Positions 38,428-48,043 of a stretch of 64,000 nt of DNA are shown piece after piece. This DNA is from a virus. The stretch spans positions 2,959 to 66,958 of the IMG/VR virus record IMGVR_UViG_3300031576_000037; one strand, given 5' to 3'. How positions within the stretch are numbered: position 1 is the first letter of the stretch; the number at the start of each line of letters is the position of its first letter. The notes beneath the pieces are model-generated. The model was not told where the DNA came from, searched no databases, and saw only the letters and a list, made by a program, of their open reading frames with translations. A program made the position numbers and the translations under genes.

Positions 38428-39717
38428 CTAACTCGTGCCCAGGTAGTTGAACAGGGTGGCGGCGTTGCTGACATCGAAATTCCGCAGCACCAGGTGCTGG
38501 TTCGGATGATCGATGGTCCAGTTATCCGCACAACCGTAGTTCACGTAGAACTCGCCCTTGCCGCGCTGGTTCGTGCCCTGCTTCTGGGTAAACATCGGCT
38601 GGCCCGGCAAGCGGAACGGCCCGGTGTCGCGCTGCACCACGTGCACCATGTCGCTCAGGTCGACCCCGTACATCGCATCCGGGTCGGCCTGCGGAAACGG
38701 CTCGAAAACCGAATCCTCATAGCGCGCATTCTTGAAGGCCGTGTTGTAGGTGTCGTCCTTCGAGGCGAAGCGGAACATGTTCCAGCCCGGCGTCTTGTAG
38801 ATCGAGATGAGCGATGGCGAGGCGAACAGCTTGAATGTCGGATTGACGCCCGTGCCATTGCGCAGCGCCGATTTTTGCAGCGCCCGCTCGATGTAGTAGT
38901 TGCTGATTTCGTTCTGGCCGGCGTCCACGTAGGGCGTCTGGTAGCGATCCTGGTTCGTCACCAGCGTCCCTTCCCAGTAGCCCGTCTTGCCGCCGGCGAT
39001 GAGGTAGGCCAGGCCGTGCGGGAACTGCCGCCAGGAACTGCCAGGGACGAGGTACGCGCCGGTGGCCGGCGCGCTGCCCAGGGCCGCCGTCAGTGTGACC
39101 TGGTTGTTCGTCCAGTCCACTCCGCCTTCGGCGACCAGGATGGCGGAAGCCGAGAGCACGTCCGCCGACGTGTAGAGGTCGTAGGGCACGCCGGGGCGCA
39201 GTTGCGAGACGCCGTAGGCCCGGGCGTGCGTCCCGTTCGGCGTGGTTTGCAGGTTGAGCACCGTGGTAGTCGAGCCGCTGGTGAGCGTGCCGAGCTTGCC
39301 GGAACCGTCTCCGGCGAAGTGGAATTCCTGTCGCTGGGCAAAACCCTTCATCAGCAATTCCAACTCCTCGGCGATGGTCTGCAATGTCCCGTCCAGCCCC
39401 TGCTGGTAATCGTCGTAAGTGCCCTGCGCGATTTCATAAGTGACGGCCTGCGTGACCGCAAAGGTCTTGAGCCGCGACCGGACGTAGGCGACGCCTTGCG
39501 GATAGTCCATATTGGAAGCGCCCGCCTTGATGGTCGTGCGGACTTCCGACAGCACCGCCTTCTCGCGGCCTTTCTGGTTGACTCGCTGGGTCTTGGCCAC
39601 CGCCCTGACCTTCTTGGTGACGGGGGCGTTGAGGTCTTCGATGTTGGCGACGTTGCGGTCGAGATACGCCTGCAAAACAGCGTCCACCGCAGTCGTAGAG
39701 ATGTCTTGAACAGCCAT
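38428..39717 (-). CDS. Major capsid protein
   Basis: 429 aa downstream of portal and scaffold; FAGDGSG..PHGLAYLI pattern; TAAGGAG RBS; strongly biased codons. Confidence 0.8.
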   Translation of the reverse strand: MAVQDISTTAVDAVLQAYLDRNVANIEDLNAPVTKKVRAVAKTQRVNQKGREKAVLSEVRTTIKAGASNMDYPQGVAYVRSRLKTFAVTQAVTYEIAQGTYDDYQQGLDGTLQTIAEELELLMKGFAQRQEFHFAGDGSGKLGTLTSGSTTTVLNLQTTPNGTHARAYGVSQLRPGVPYDLYTSADVLSASAILVAEGGVDWTNNQVTLTAALGSAPATGAYLVPGSSWRQFPHGLAYLIAGGKTGYWEGTLVTNQDRYQTPYVDAGQNEISNYYIERALQKSALRNGTGVNPTFKLFASPSLISIYKTPGWNMFRFASKDDTYNTAFKNARYEDSVFEPFPQADPDAMYGVDLSDMVHVVQRDTGPFRLPGQPMFTQKQGTNQRGKGEFYVNYGCADNWTIDHPNQHLVLRNFDVSNAATLFNYLGTS

Positions 39718-39752
39718 AATGATTGCTCCTTATAAATGCGGAATCAGTCGGG

Positions 39753-39785
39753 AAATAAAGCCGGGCGTTGCGAGCAACGCCCGGT
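39753..39785 (-). terminator. Stem-loop/terminator between scaffold and capsid genes
   Basis: CCGGGCGTTGC-TC-GCAACGCCCGG followed by CTTTATTT on the minus strand. Confidence 0.6.
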
Positions 39786-39818
39786 GAAAGAAAAAGGAGA
39801 GTGATGAAGAAATAAGTC

Positions 39819-41210
39819 TTAGCCCGCGCCCACGCCGAACTCGCGCATAATATCGTTGATAGTGGTGGCGACCCGCTCGCTCGGCGGTTGGCCGGGCGGG
39901 AATTGGGGCTGTCTGGCCGGCGGGGGCGCGGCGGGCACTTTCGGCCCGGAAGCGCCATTCTGCGGCGGCGGCGGGGGCGCAGTCGGCTTGCGGCGCGGCG
40001 GGGTGGCGGCGGCAGCCCTCCGCCAAGCCGCGTCAAAGAGTTTCTTGTATTGACCCTGCCCGCCGTTGATCTGCAGCGGATTGCCGTCCTTGAACCGGTG
40101 ATAGAGCGCGTCCGTCACCTTGCGCGCCTCGCTCTTCTCGTCCCAGAAGGCGTTTTGCAGGTCAATATAGGCGAGCGCCGCAATCCCGGCGGCTTCGAGC
40201 GGCGAAAGCCCCAGACCTTCGCCTTTCTGCTGGTATTCCTGGAAAACGCTCATCTGGTAATCGCCGAGCTGCCTGGTCGCCTTCCATTCCGTCTCGGCGG
40301 CGCGCTGCTGCTCGGATTGCGCCCGGGCGGTCTCCGCCTGCTGCTGGCTGTCGAAAATGAACTGCTTGTCCCGCAGGTCTTCCACTACGACCTCCAAGGG
40401 GGCCAGCCGCATATCCTCGCGCTTGGCCGGACTGAGCCGGCGGTAGGTATCGTGTAATTCAGCCGGGATATTCTGTTGCAGCCATTCCTGCTCGGCTGTG
40501 GCGTCCACCGGCGGCGTGTAGCCACCCATCTTCGCCACCGTTTGGTAAGCGTCGTAATGACGCGGATCGAGGCCGAGCCGGTGGAGCAGATAATCGCGGT
40601 TGTATTGAATCTGGCCGTCGGCGTTCGGATCGTTCAGGATGGCCACAATCAGATCGTCGTAGATCGTGCCCTCGACCCGACGCACCCCATCAAGAAAGCG
40701 ACCCAGATAGGTAGCGCCCGGCGGCACGTTCTCTTCGTCCTCAATCGGCAGCGCGCCCCGCAACAGGTCGCCCGCCAATTGAGTGACACCCGGCAGGTTG
40801 CCGCGCCCGCCGGCATACTCAATCGCCTGCTCGATCTGTTGCAGCGTCTGCGCCTGCCCGACGGTAGTCTTGAGCGCGTCGTGCACTTGCTGCCAGTATT
40901 CCTGTGACTTGCCCGGATCGGCCAAAGCCGAAGCGAACGCATCATCGGAGAGCAGCGCAGCGTAAGGGTCGGCGGCGTCCTGTTCGGCCAGCAGCTTCTC
41001 CCACCAGTCATCAGCCAGAGTTTCGGTCTCAGTCGGCGCGCCTGATTCTTCCGGCGTTGCCGCCGGCTGCCCGAAGCTCAGGTCGGGCTGCGCATCAGGC
41101 GCGGCGGTCGCCGGAACGGTCCCCGCCGGCTGACTGAACTCACTTATGATGTCGCCGATGGCGGTGGGCGCGGCGGGCGCTTCCGGCGCGGTTACGGTTT
41201 CTTCTGGCAT
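39819..41210 (-). CDS. Putative scaffolding protein
   Basis: Acidic Pro/Ala-rich N-terminus, coiled coil, Pro-rich C-terminus; directly before the capsid gene. Confidence 0.65.
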   Translation of the reverse strand: MPEETVTAPEAPAAPTAIGDIISEFSQPAGTVPATAAPDAQPDLSFGQPAATPEESGAPTETETLADDWWEKLLAEQDAADPYAALLSDDAFASALADPGKSQEYWQQVHDALKTTVGQAQTLQQIEQAIEYAGGRGNLPGVTQLAGDLLRGALPIEDEENVPPGATYLGRFLDGVRRVEGTIYDDLIVAILNDPNADGQIQYNRDYLLHRLGLDPRHYDAYQTVAKMGGYTPPVDATAEQEWLQQNIPAELHDTYRRLSPAKREDMRLAPLEVVVEDLRDKQFIFDSQQQAETARAQSEQQRAAETEWKATRQLGDYQMSVFQEYQQKGEGLGLSPLEAAGIAALAYIDLQNAFWDEKSEARKVTDALYHRFKDGNPLQINGGQGQYKKLFDAAWRRAAAATPPRRKPTAPPPPPQNGASGPKVPAAPPPARQPQFPPGQPPSERVATTINDIMREFGVGAG

Positions 41211-41230
41211 GTGTTGTCCCTGAAAAATAG

Positions 41231-41298
41231 AAAAGCCGCCGTCACCTGATGCCTTGCGGCTATCGGTTATCGGCGGCGTGACCTCGAAAGGTGTGGCC
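41231..41298 (-). terminator. Terminator hairpin preceded by GGCCAC mini-hairpin motif (copy 1)
   Basis: GGCCAC-ACC-TTTCGA-GGT-CAC-GCCGCC...GGCGGC-TTTT. Confidence 0.75.
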
Positions 41299-41315
41299 TG
41301 GATTGCAGCGAGCGA

Positions 41316-41660
41316 TTACTGCCTGCGGGCTATCGCCTGGACGTGGCGCTCAAATGCGGTGCGCGCCGGATTCTTCAGCGCATATTCGGCGGCGGCAACG
41401 TACGTGGCGCGGGTGTTTTCCAGCAACTGCTGCCAGGGCGGAAAACCGGCGGCGTCGCCGCCCTGCGCCTCGCGCAGTTTCGCATAAGCGAGCGCCGCCA
41501 GCTCGTTCGCACCGAGCGCCTGCTTAACCGGTTTTGCCGGTTTATCCGGCCTCACCGTTTTCGGCCGCACCGCCGACAGCTTAGCGGGAACAGGCGCTAC
41601 TTTAGCTTTGACCGCGCGGCTTGACTTTGGCTCTTCGGCTTTCTTTGATTTCTTCTTCAT
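41316..41660 (-). CDS. Hypothetical protein with Lys-rich N-terminus
   Basis: ATG after AGGA; late operon. Confidence 0.6.
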   Translation of the reverse strand: MKKKSKKAEEPKSSRAVKAKVAPVPAKLSAVRPKTVRPDKPAKPVKQALGANELAALAYAKLREAQGGDAAGFPPWQQLLENTRATYVAAAEYALKNPARTAFERHVQAIARRQ

Positions 41661-41793
41661 AATGTCCTGTTACTGGCGGCGCGCCCTTCGGTCTACGGGC
41701 ATTGTAGGTTGCGGCGGCAATCCGCTTCGCTTCGGCGTCGCTTTTTCCGCGCTTCTTCAATGCAGCTTTGATTGCTAAATACATCGCTGGCAT
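41602..41793 (-). CDS. Small basic hypothetical protein
   Basis: MPAMYLAIKAALKKRGKSDAEAKRIAAATYN, directly after the portal stop. Confidence 0.5.
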   Translation of the reverse strand: MPAMYLAIKAALKKRGKSDAEAKRIAAATYNARRPKGAPPVTGHYEEEIKESRRAKVKPRGQS

Positions 41794-41794
41794 A

Positions 41795-44224
41795 TCAGTA
41801 CCCCAGCATTGGATTCGGCGACGGCATTGCGGCTTGCGGCTCAGCCGCCATCGGATTACGCTCAGGCACGGGCTGCGGTTTGGCATCCACACCCGCTTTC
41901 CCGTTCTGGTTATTCATCTGCATCTGCTGCCCCATCTGCTGCGATTGCACAGCCATCGGCCCGGCAGCGGCGGCTTGCGCCATCAACACCTGCTCATTGA
42001 TCAACGCCGAATAATGCTCGTGAATCCGGATGATCACGGCCTGCTGCACCGCCTCCGGCGCGCCGCGTCCCTCGGCGCTGCCCAGCCAGTCCCGGTAATA
42101 GTGAATTTTCACGTCGTGGCCGAGCGTGTAGGGATTGACCGGGGAGAGCGCATACAACTGCTCCGGCGCAATCTGCCCGCCCGCCGCTTCCGCCGCCTGC
42201 AACATCAGGTCAATCACCTCCTCGCACTCTTCCAGCTTCTCGCGCTGCCGCTCGAAAGTGAAATCGGTCTTGAAGATTTCGTTGATCTGCCTGAGCGAGG
42301 ACGGATTGAGCAGGCTGAGCGGCTGCAGGATCGAGACCACCTGTGCGCCCTCCATCACCGCTGCCCGCTTCTCTATCTCCAGATTCGGCATAAAGCTGCC
42401 CGGTTTGACCCAGGCGATGAAGTTCGTGCGGATCGAAACCGCCCTGACCTGCCGCGCCTGCCGCTCGCCGGTCAGCCTGTCCACGTCGTGCACCAGCCGC
42501 AGATCGCCGTAATGCTTCTGCGCCAGCAGCAACCGCTTGACCGAAGCCTCTTTCAGCACCCCGGCATAGATCGCCAGATAGGTATTGTGCGCGGCCTGGG
42601 ATTTCGACAGTCTGATCTTCGAGGCGGTCGCGGTCCAGTTGGGCACGCCGGGGAAATCGCCCTGGCTGCTGTAAGCCTTGAGCGCCTGCTGAATCTCGGC
42701 GTCCATATCCTGCAAATAGCCGAAGACCTGCGGATTGATGCCGGGCGGAACGACGTGCGCGAAATGATGCCCGACCTGCGTGCCTTCGGGAAGCGTCGCA
42801 TTGTTGATCGAGATGACGTTATCAAGCCGGTTGAAGAGCCTTGAATCCTGGAAGACCCGCCCATTGACCGCAATGCTCGGCTGCAGTGTCTTTTGCAGGT
42901 AACGGAACGTGCCGGACTTGAGCACATTGGTCTGGCGCTGCGCCTCCACGCCGTCTTCGATGCCGGCCCCGACCTGCTGGCCGAACACGATGCCGTAGCG
43001 CCCATCGGTGAAGCGATCCCCGTGGTCTTCCCGGTAGACATTCAGGAAGTTCGGCAGGCCCGGCGCCGTCAGGATGCACATCCCCCCGGGGAAAGCATCG
43101 GCCAACCGCTCACCCGCCGGAATCGTCTCGCCGTCGGGCAACGTGACCGGCGCCTTGAGCGAATAGAAGGCCAGCATTTCGGGCCGATACCAGAACCGCT
43201 GGACGAGCGCATTATCGCTATCATCCTCGCCAGTCTCCACTCCGCCGCCGCGTTGCCGGGCGGCCCGGCGCATCACCCGCTCAGCGTGCATCGCCTCGTC
43301 GCGTCCCCACCGCTCGTCATCCGCCGTGCCGTCGAGCTTACCGTACACAGCTTCGATCTGCTCCTTCGGCAAATCCTCTTCGGCGTAACGCCAGGGCGAA
43401 TCCGCCGGGCCGGTGGTCAGGCTGTAGCGCAGCGACCAGGCCGGAAACGGACGCATCACCACTTCGCCGGACTGTTTCCAGCCCTGGTCGGCCAGCAGCG
43501 CGTCGTCTATCCGCACGCCCGGCATCGGCACCGGGGAGACGGCTGGTGAGCCACAGGTCAGGCAGGCCGCATTCTCCTGCGCCTCGCCCACGTCGCCACA
43601 GTCCAGGCATTCCTGCCACATCGCACCCGGCAATTCGAGCGGCGCGTACTCCTCGAACCACTCGTAACCGTTGCGGTCGTCCGGGTCATACCAATGCTCA
43701 AAATGGTAGTTTCCGCAAAGCTGGCCGCCTTTGGCGATCAGTTGCAGGTTCTCTTCCGTCAGGTGCAGGCGGTTAAAATAAGCATTGAGCGTCTGCAGCT
43801 CGTCAATCGCCCGCTCCGCTTTCCGCTCGTCCTCGTCCAGCACGGCGAATAACGTTTCCGGCGATGACCCCACCCACATATCCGTCACGGTGTCGCTGTA
43901 AGGCCGGAGCTTGTTATAAACGTAGAGCGGCTGGTCAATCCCGCGAAGCTGCCGGATGTCGTAGCCAAAAGTCCCGCGCGGCACCAGGATTTGATGTCCG
44001 CAGTAGTAGAGCGCCGACCGCAGCCACGTCATGTAGTAGCCGCGCCACAGACTGGCTTGCCGTTCCAGTAGTTTGTCATTGAGGCTCTTAAAGTGCCGGA
44101 AGAAGTCAACCGGCTCGACCTTGTCGCGCCGCATTGCATCCGTAGACACGTTGCCGACCTTTTGCGCTTCCTGGATGCTGCGCAGCCGGGTATCCCAGCC
44201 GATTTGATCCTGAACCGAGAGCAT
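41795..44224 (-). CDS. Portal protein
   Basis: 809 aa between terL and scaffold; LYVYNKLRP and TATASKI motifs; M/Q/P-rich tail as in P22-like portals. Confidence 0.8.
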   Translation of the reverse strand: MLSVQDQIGWDTRLRSIQEAQKVGNVSTDAMRRDKVEPVDFFRHFKSLNDKLLERQASLWRGYYMTWLRSALYYCGHQILVPRGTFGYDIRQLRGIDQPLYVYNKLRPYSDTVTDMWVGSSPETLFAVLDEDERKAERAIDELQTLNAYFNRLHLTEENLQLIAKGGQLCGNYHFEHWYDPDDRNGYEWFEEYAPLELPGAMWQECLDCGDVGEAQENAACLTCGSPAVSPVPMPGVRIDDALLADQGWKQSGEVVMRPFPAWSLRYSLTTGPADSPWRYAEEDLPKEQIEAVYGKLDGTADDERWGRDEAMHAERVMRRAARQRGGGVETGEDDSDNALVQRFWYRPEMLAFYSLKAPVTLPDGETIPAGERLADAFPGGMCILTAPGLPNFLNVYREDHGDRFTDGRYGIVFGQQVGAGIEDGVEAQRQTNVLKSGTFRYLQKTLQPSIAVNGRVFQDSRLFNRLDNVISINNATLPEGTQVGHHFAHVVPPGINPQVFGYLQDMDAEIQQALKAYSSQGDFPGVPNWTATASKIRLSKSQAAHNTYLAIYAGVLKEASVKRLLLAQKHYGDLRLVHDVDRLTGERQARQVRAVSIRTNFIAWVKPGSFMPNLEIEKRAAVMEGAQVVSILQPLSLLNPSSLRQINEIFKTDFTFERQREKLEECEEVIDLMLQAAEAAGGQIAPEQLYALSPVNPYTLGHDVKIHYYRDWLGSAEGRGAPEAVQQAVIIRIHEHYSALINEQVLMAQAAAAGPMAVQSQQMGQQMQMNNQNGKAGVDAKPQPVPERNPMAAEPQAAMPSPNPMLGY

Positions 44225-44227
44225 TGC

Positions 44228-44566
44228 TTACCAGCCTCCCGCTATCGCCACCTTAACCGGACTCTCGTCGCCATACCGCGCGGCCCAGGCGTGCAGCGGA
44301 TTCTCACCCGGCGGCACGTTGCTCCCCGCCCAGGTGAAAAAGATGTCACGGTCATCCGGCGACCAGTGGGCGTCAGGTCTGTCGGCTGGCGCTTCCGGCT
44401 CGGATGGCCGTGACGTAGTCCCAGTCACCCCAGGGGAAGAAACGAACTTCAGCCCCAACCGCTCTGTCCAGGCTGAACGGTAAAAGTCCCGCTCAGCGAT
44501 CAGCTCGGCGATCCGGGCTTCGAGTAACGCGATAATCGCGCTGTGAGTGCGGCGGGAGATCAGCAC
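44228..44566 (-). CDS. Hypothetical protein
   Basis: Operon-filling ORF with a short coiled coil. Confidence 0.55.
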   Translation of the reverse strand: MLISRRTHSAIIALLEARIAELIAERDFYRSAWTERLGLKFVSSPGVTGTTSRPSEPEAPADRPDAHWSPDDRDIFFTWAGSNVPPGENPLHAWAARYGDESPVKVAIAGGW

Positions 44567-44569
44567 TGA

Positions 44570-44902
44570 TTAAGCCCAGAACCGGAAGCCGGACTGATAG
44601 CTGTTGGTGAGCGCCGAGTTCGCCGTCGTCAGCACCGCGCGCAATCCGTCCATCGTGTCGGCGGCGGCGATGTTCGTAGCGGTAAAAATGTCGGCGTCGC
44701 AGGCGGCCTGGATTGAACGCTGGTGGAACTGCACGTCCTGACCCTGCACCCAGCGTTTGCTGCCGGGCACAAACAGGTCAATCAGCCCCTGCTTGGTCGT
44801 CAGCGCCAGGATGTCGGCGTTGACAATCGCGCCGGACGCGGCGTTCAAGGCGTTCATCGCACCAGCAGCGATGATTGGTTTCTCGTATTCCATTGCGGCC
44901 AT
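44570..44902 (-). CDS. Hypothetical, probably highly expressed late protein
   Basis: ATG 44902 with a capsid-like leader (TAAGGAG). Confidence 0.65.
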   Translation of the reverse strand: MAAMEYEKPIIAAGAMNALNAASGAIVNADILALTTKQGLIDLFVPGSKRWVQGQDVQFHQRSIQAACDADIFTATNIAAADTMDGLRAVLTTANSALTNSYQSGFRFWA

Positions 44903-44931
44903 AGAATTACTCCTTATAAGTGCGGAAAAAG

Positions 44932-44998
44932 AAAAAGCCGCCAAACTCTGAGCGTTGAGGTTCAGAGACGTTGGCGGCGTGGTCTAAACGACGTGGCC
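44932..44998 (-). terminator. Terminator hairpin preceded by GGCCAC mini-hairpin motif (copy 2)
   Basis: GGCCAC-GTC-GTTTA-GAC-CAC-GCCGCC...GGCGGC-TTTTT. Confidence 0.75.
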
Positions 44999-45000
44999 TC

Positions 45001-45246
45001 CTATTCGAATTTGAAAAAATGCCTGAACTGCTCTTTCAGACCGAAATAGATTACCACAATCTTCAAGATCGCCAGCCCGTGTCTCACGATCTTTGTGACG
45101 GCCTCGGCGCGCGTCATCTCCGGCGCCATCAATGGCGCAGCTACATTCACCGTCTCGGATGCTGTCCGGTCATCCACGTAATGCGCATGAGTCACGCTAT
45201 ACGTCCTCGTTGCCGGGATATTATCCGTCACGCCGTCTGGCCCCAT
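45001..45246 (-). CDS. Small hypothetical protein
   Basis: Overlaps the terL end; stop directly before the terminator motif. Confidence 0.5.
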   Translation of the reverse strand: MGPDGVTDNIPATRTYSVTHAHYVDDRTASETVNVAAPLMAPEMTRAEAVTKIVRHGLAILKIVVIYFGLKEQFRHFFKFE

Positions 45247-47111
45247 ATCCGCTCAAACTCCCCTTTCATCTCTTCCTCAATCGCCGCCTCAGCCTCCGCT
45301 ACTGCCCTGACTCGCGCCATCTCCCAGCCGTCCGTCCATGCGGCTTGGCCGGATTCGAGCGCGGAGAGGCGGAGCCGACCGGCGAGGGCGGCTTCGATCT
45401 GCTCCTGGCGGCTCAGCGGCGCTGCATCAGCGCCCCAATCTGCGCAAATCATTCTCGTGCTATCGACCGCATCATCCTCCGCCTTCATCGGCAGATTGAG
45501 CGATACCCCGCCCACCCCTGATACATCAGGCCGATATCGCCACCCCAGCGTCTGCCGCCGGTGCGTCATCAACCCCCGATCGTCGCGCGGGGCCAGCAGC
45601 TGATCATCGTCAACCACGTCAAACCAGCCCGGCGCGCCCAGCCGGCAGTTCCCGTCCGGCAATCTCTCGTCGGCGAAAAACGGATGCGGCCTGGCTCGAT
45701 CCACCCGCAGGAAATGCCGCCACTGGCTGATGCCCGCCGTCTTCGCCGAGTCGCAGGACTGGAACGGCAGATTGTATTTCTCGCGGTAGGTCTTGCGCTC
45801 CGACAATGCCTCGTGCGACATCCGCCAGCGAACGACCTGCTCACCCTCCCACATTACCCGCTTCACCGTCTCCGCCTGCCCGTCCACGCTGACGCTGGTG
45901 AATACGAGGCCCCGATACCGAAACCGAGCGCCCGGCAACCGTGAGTTCATTGCCGCCGTCGCAATCCACGTCCACGCGCTCAGGTGTCCGGCAGTGAAGC
46001 CGACGTCGTGCCCGGCCTCGCACAGCCAGTGCTCCGGGATGCGGCGCTCGCCGAAGACCGCCTCAAACTGCGACCACGTGATGACGTGCACAGCCTCGTC
46101 GTATTCGGGAATAACTCTTCCCTGCTCGCTGGCCGCGAAATCGTGCTGGTACTCCGCCAGGAAAGCTTCGAGGCCGGAATTATCGAGGAATTTCTGACAA
46201 GCTGCCAGGTCAATATCCGGCCAGGTCGGACGCCCTTCCACGATCACGCTGCGCTGCCCCTCATCCGTCTGCCGCGCTTCGATCCGCAGTCCCTCGAATG
46301 CCGGGAATGGCCCCGACTCGCGCCGCACCGTCAGCACACTCGTCCGGCGCGTCAGGATTTGATTGAAGACGCTGTTGCGGTGAATCAGGTTCTGCGCGCC
46401 GAGGATGACCGTCTCGCGCGTGCCGGCTGGAATAATTGAGCGGGCAATCGTTTCCAGCTTGTTCTGGACGATCAGCGGCGAGTCGGCGTGGTCGTCTATA
46501 TCATCGAGCGCAATCAGAGTCGGTCGTGCATCGCCCACGCGCCCGCCGCGTACTCCCACGTCCAAGCCCACTGGCCTGATGGCCCAGCCGCCGCGCGTCC
46601 GCAGGAAATCCTGTCGCCAGCCGTATTGATTGCCGTGCTTGCCGACCTGCGGATTGGCCAAGTGCGGGTAGTAACGGGCGACATCCTCGCTCTCCAACCG
46701 CTCGCGGATCGCCGCGACGTGCCCCTCGGCCATTGCCTGCGTGCCGGAGACATAGAGCACGTAGCCCTTGCCGATCAACGCGCCCTCGGCGATGGCCGCC
46801 CACTCGACCGCACTGGATTTGCCCATCCCCCGCGCCCAGATCGCCAGGAATGCCTGCTCACTATTGGTGATCGGCGCACCCGACCGGCGCCGCTGAATGT
46901 GCGACCAGAACCAGTCCCAGAACTCGGCGTGGAATGGCGCGAAGCTGCCGGTGAACGTCTTCGGCCCGACCGCCCGCAGCCAGGTGCGCCAATCTTTTTC
47001 AATCTCTGCGCCGGGATGTGGGGGCTTGCGATTGCGCGCCGCCACCAACTGCAGATGCTCTTGGCGGAGGGCGGCGAGGCGGGACTGGCTTACCTGGCTC
47101 GTTTCGGCCAT
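45228..47111 (-). CDS. terL: Terminase large subunit
   Basis: Walker A WARGMGKS, Walker B LIALDDID, AEYQHDF, nuclease GHDVG..EDDAVD. Confidence 0.9.
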   Translation of the reverse strand: MAETSQVSQSRLAALRQEHLQLVAARNRKPPHPGAEIEKDWRTWLRAVGPKTFTGSFAPFHAEFWDWFWSHIQRRRSGAPITNSEQAFLAIWARGMGKSSAVEWAAIAEGALIGKGYVLYVSGTQAMAEGHVAAIRERLESEDVARYYPHLANPQVGKHGNQYGWRQDFLRTRGGWAIRPVGLDVGVRGGRVGDARPTLIALDDIDDHADSPLIVQNKLETIARSIIPAGTRETVILGAQNLIHRNSVFNQILTRRTSVLTVRRESGPFPAFEGLRIEARQTDEGQRSVIVEGRPTWPDIDLAACQKFLDNSGLEAFLAEYQHDFAASEQGRVIPEYDEAVHVITWSQFEAVFGERRIPEHWLCEAGHDVGFTAGHLSAWTWIATAAMNSRLPGARFRYRGLVFTSVSVDGQAETVKRVMWEGEQVVRWRMSHEALSERKTYREKYNLPFQSCDSAKTAGISQWRHFLRVDRARPHPFFADERLPDGNCRLGAPGWFDVVDDDQLLAPRDDRGLMTHRRQTLGWRYRPDVSGVGGVSLNLPMKAEDDAVDSTRMICADWGADAAPLSRQEQIEAALAGRLRLSALESGQAAWTDGWEMARVRAVAEAEAAIEEEMKGEFERIWGQTA

Positions 47112-47249
47112 CGCCCGACCATCCCGCCGAAAACGTAGGGCGCCAGCCAGCCCAGGTCAATCCGGCAATCCTCGCAGTAGTTCCAGAGATGCCTGCACAG
47201 AACACTAACCGGCCACAAAACCAGGCGCATCACTTCTTCACCCCGCCCG

Positions 47250-47660
47250 TCAATGACAGGGCGGCAATGGACACTCGCAGAATCGGGGATGACAATAGCT
47301 TTTACACACGAATGATTCGATCACTGAGCCGTCCGCGTCGCACGTTCGATGCCGGGCGCACTTGCAGGCTACCCGCTTCCCTTTCGGCGCATGACTGCAC
47401 GGATGCTCAGGAATCTTGTGCTCCGGGTTGCCCGGCTCGTCGTCCGGCGGCGGCGGGTCCTGCGCAAAAGCGACAGCGACAAGGCGCACGCCGTAGCCGA
47501 GCGACGGGCCAGCCAGCCAGCCGGCGCAGGCCAGGGCGAGCCAGAGCGCGAGCACGGCAGCCATCTTCAGTTTGGGACTCATCAACTTTTTCCGCTCCCA
47601 TTCCCACCACAGCCGGCAAACCAGCAGCCAGAAAATAAGCCAGAGCAGGATTCCGGTCAC
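47250..47660 (-). CDS. Membrane/secreted Cys-rich protein
   Basis: Hydrophobic segments followed by an 8-Cys C-terminus. Confidence 0.55.
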   Translation of the reverse strand: MTGILLWLIFWLLVCRLWWEWERKKLMSPKLKMAAVLALWLALACAGWLAGPSLGYGVRLVAVAFAQDPPPPDDEPGNPEHKIPEHPCSHAPKGKRVACKCARHRTCDADGSVIESFVCKSYCHPRFCECPLPPCH

Positions 47661-48043
47661 GGTGATTCGACCGGCTCATACTCAACATCGCCGTCAAGCA
47701 TCGTCATTGCGGCAAAATATTCAGCGTCGAATCGCGGTGGGGTAAAAATCCCCGGCGCCCTGGCTGTGTCCCGGCTGAGCCGCCCATTCAAATCCGCAAT
47801 CAAATCCTCGTGCCTGCCCGATGATCCCAGCAATGTTTCGACTTCAATTTCCAGCGCCGCCACCCGCACGAGCAGAGATGCGCATCCGGCGCATTCGCCA
47901 TCCCGATCCGGCCAGCCGGGCTCAGGCGGTAACTCAATAGCGCGCGAAGCCTGGGCGTCGGCGACGGTGTAGGCCGGGGCTGATGCGGGCAGACAGCGGT
48001 TCCCCGCCGGACTGCCGCCGATGATGCGAGGCGGTTTTTTCAC
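47657..48043 (-). CDS. Hypothetical protein (CxxC + coiled coil)
   Basis: GTGA-coupled to both neighbours. Confidence 0.55.
   Translation of the reverse strand: MKKPPRIIGGSPAGNRCLPASAPAYTVADAQASRAIELPPEPGWPDRDGECAGCASLLVRVAALEIEVETLLGSSGRHEDLIADLNGRLSRDTARAPGIFTPPRFDAEYFAAMTMLDGDVEYEPVESP

Noticed and set aside
38354-38430. Capsid stop read-through into the decoration gene
   Set aside because: Frames differ and the downstream gene has its own GGAGG RBS.
6119-47700. Numerous plus-strand ORFs opposite the structural genes (e.g. 34736..35944, 38329..39735, 41768..42844)
   Set aside because: Antisense shadow ORFs typical of high-GC coding DNA; no motifs.
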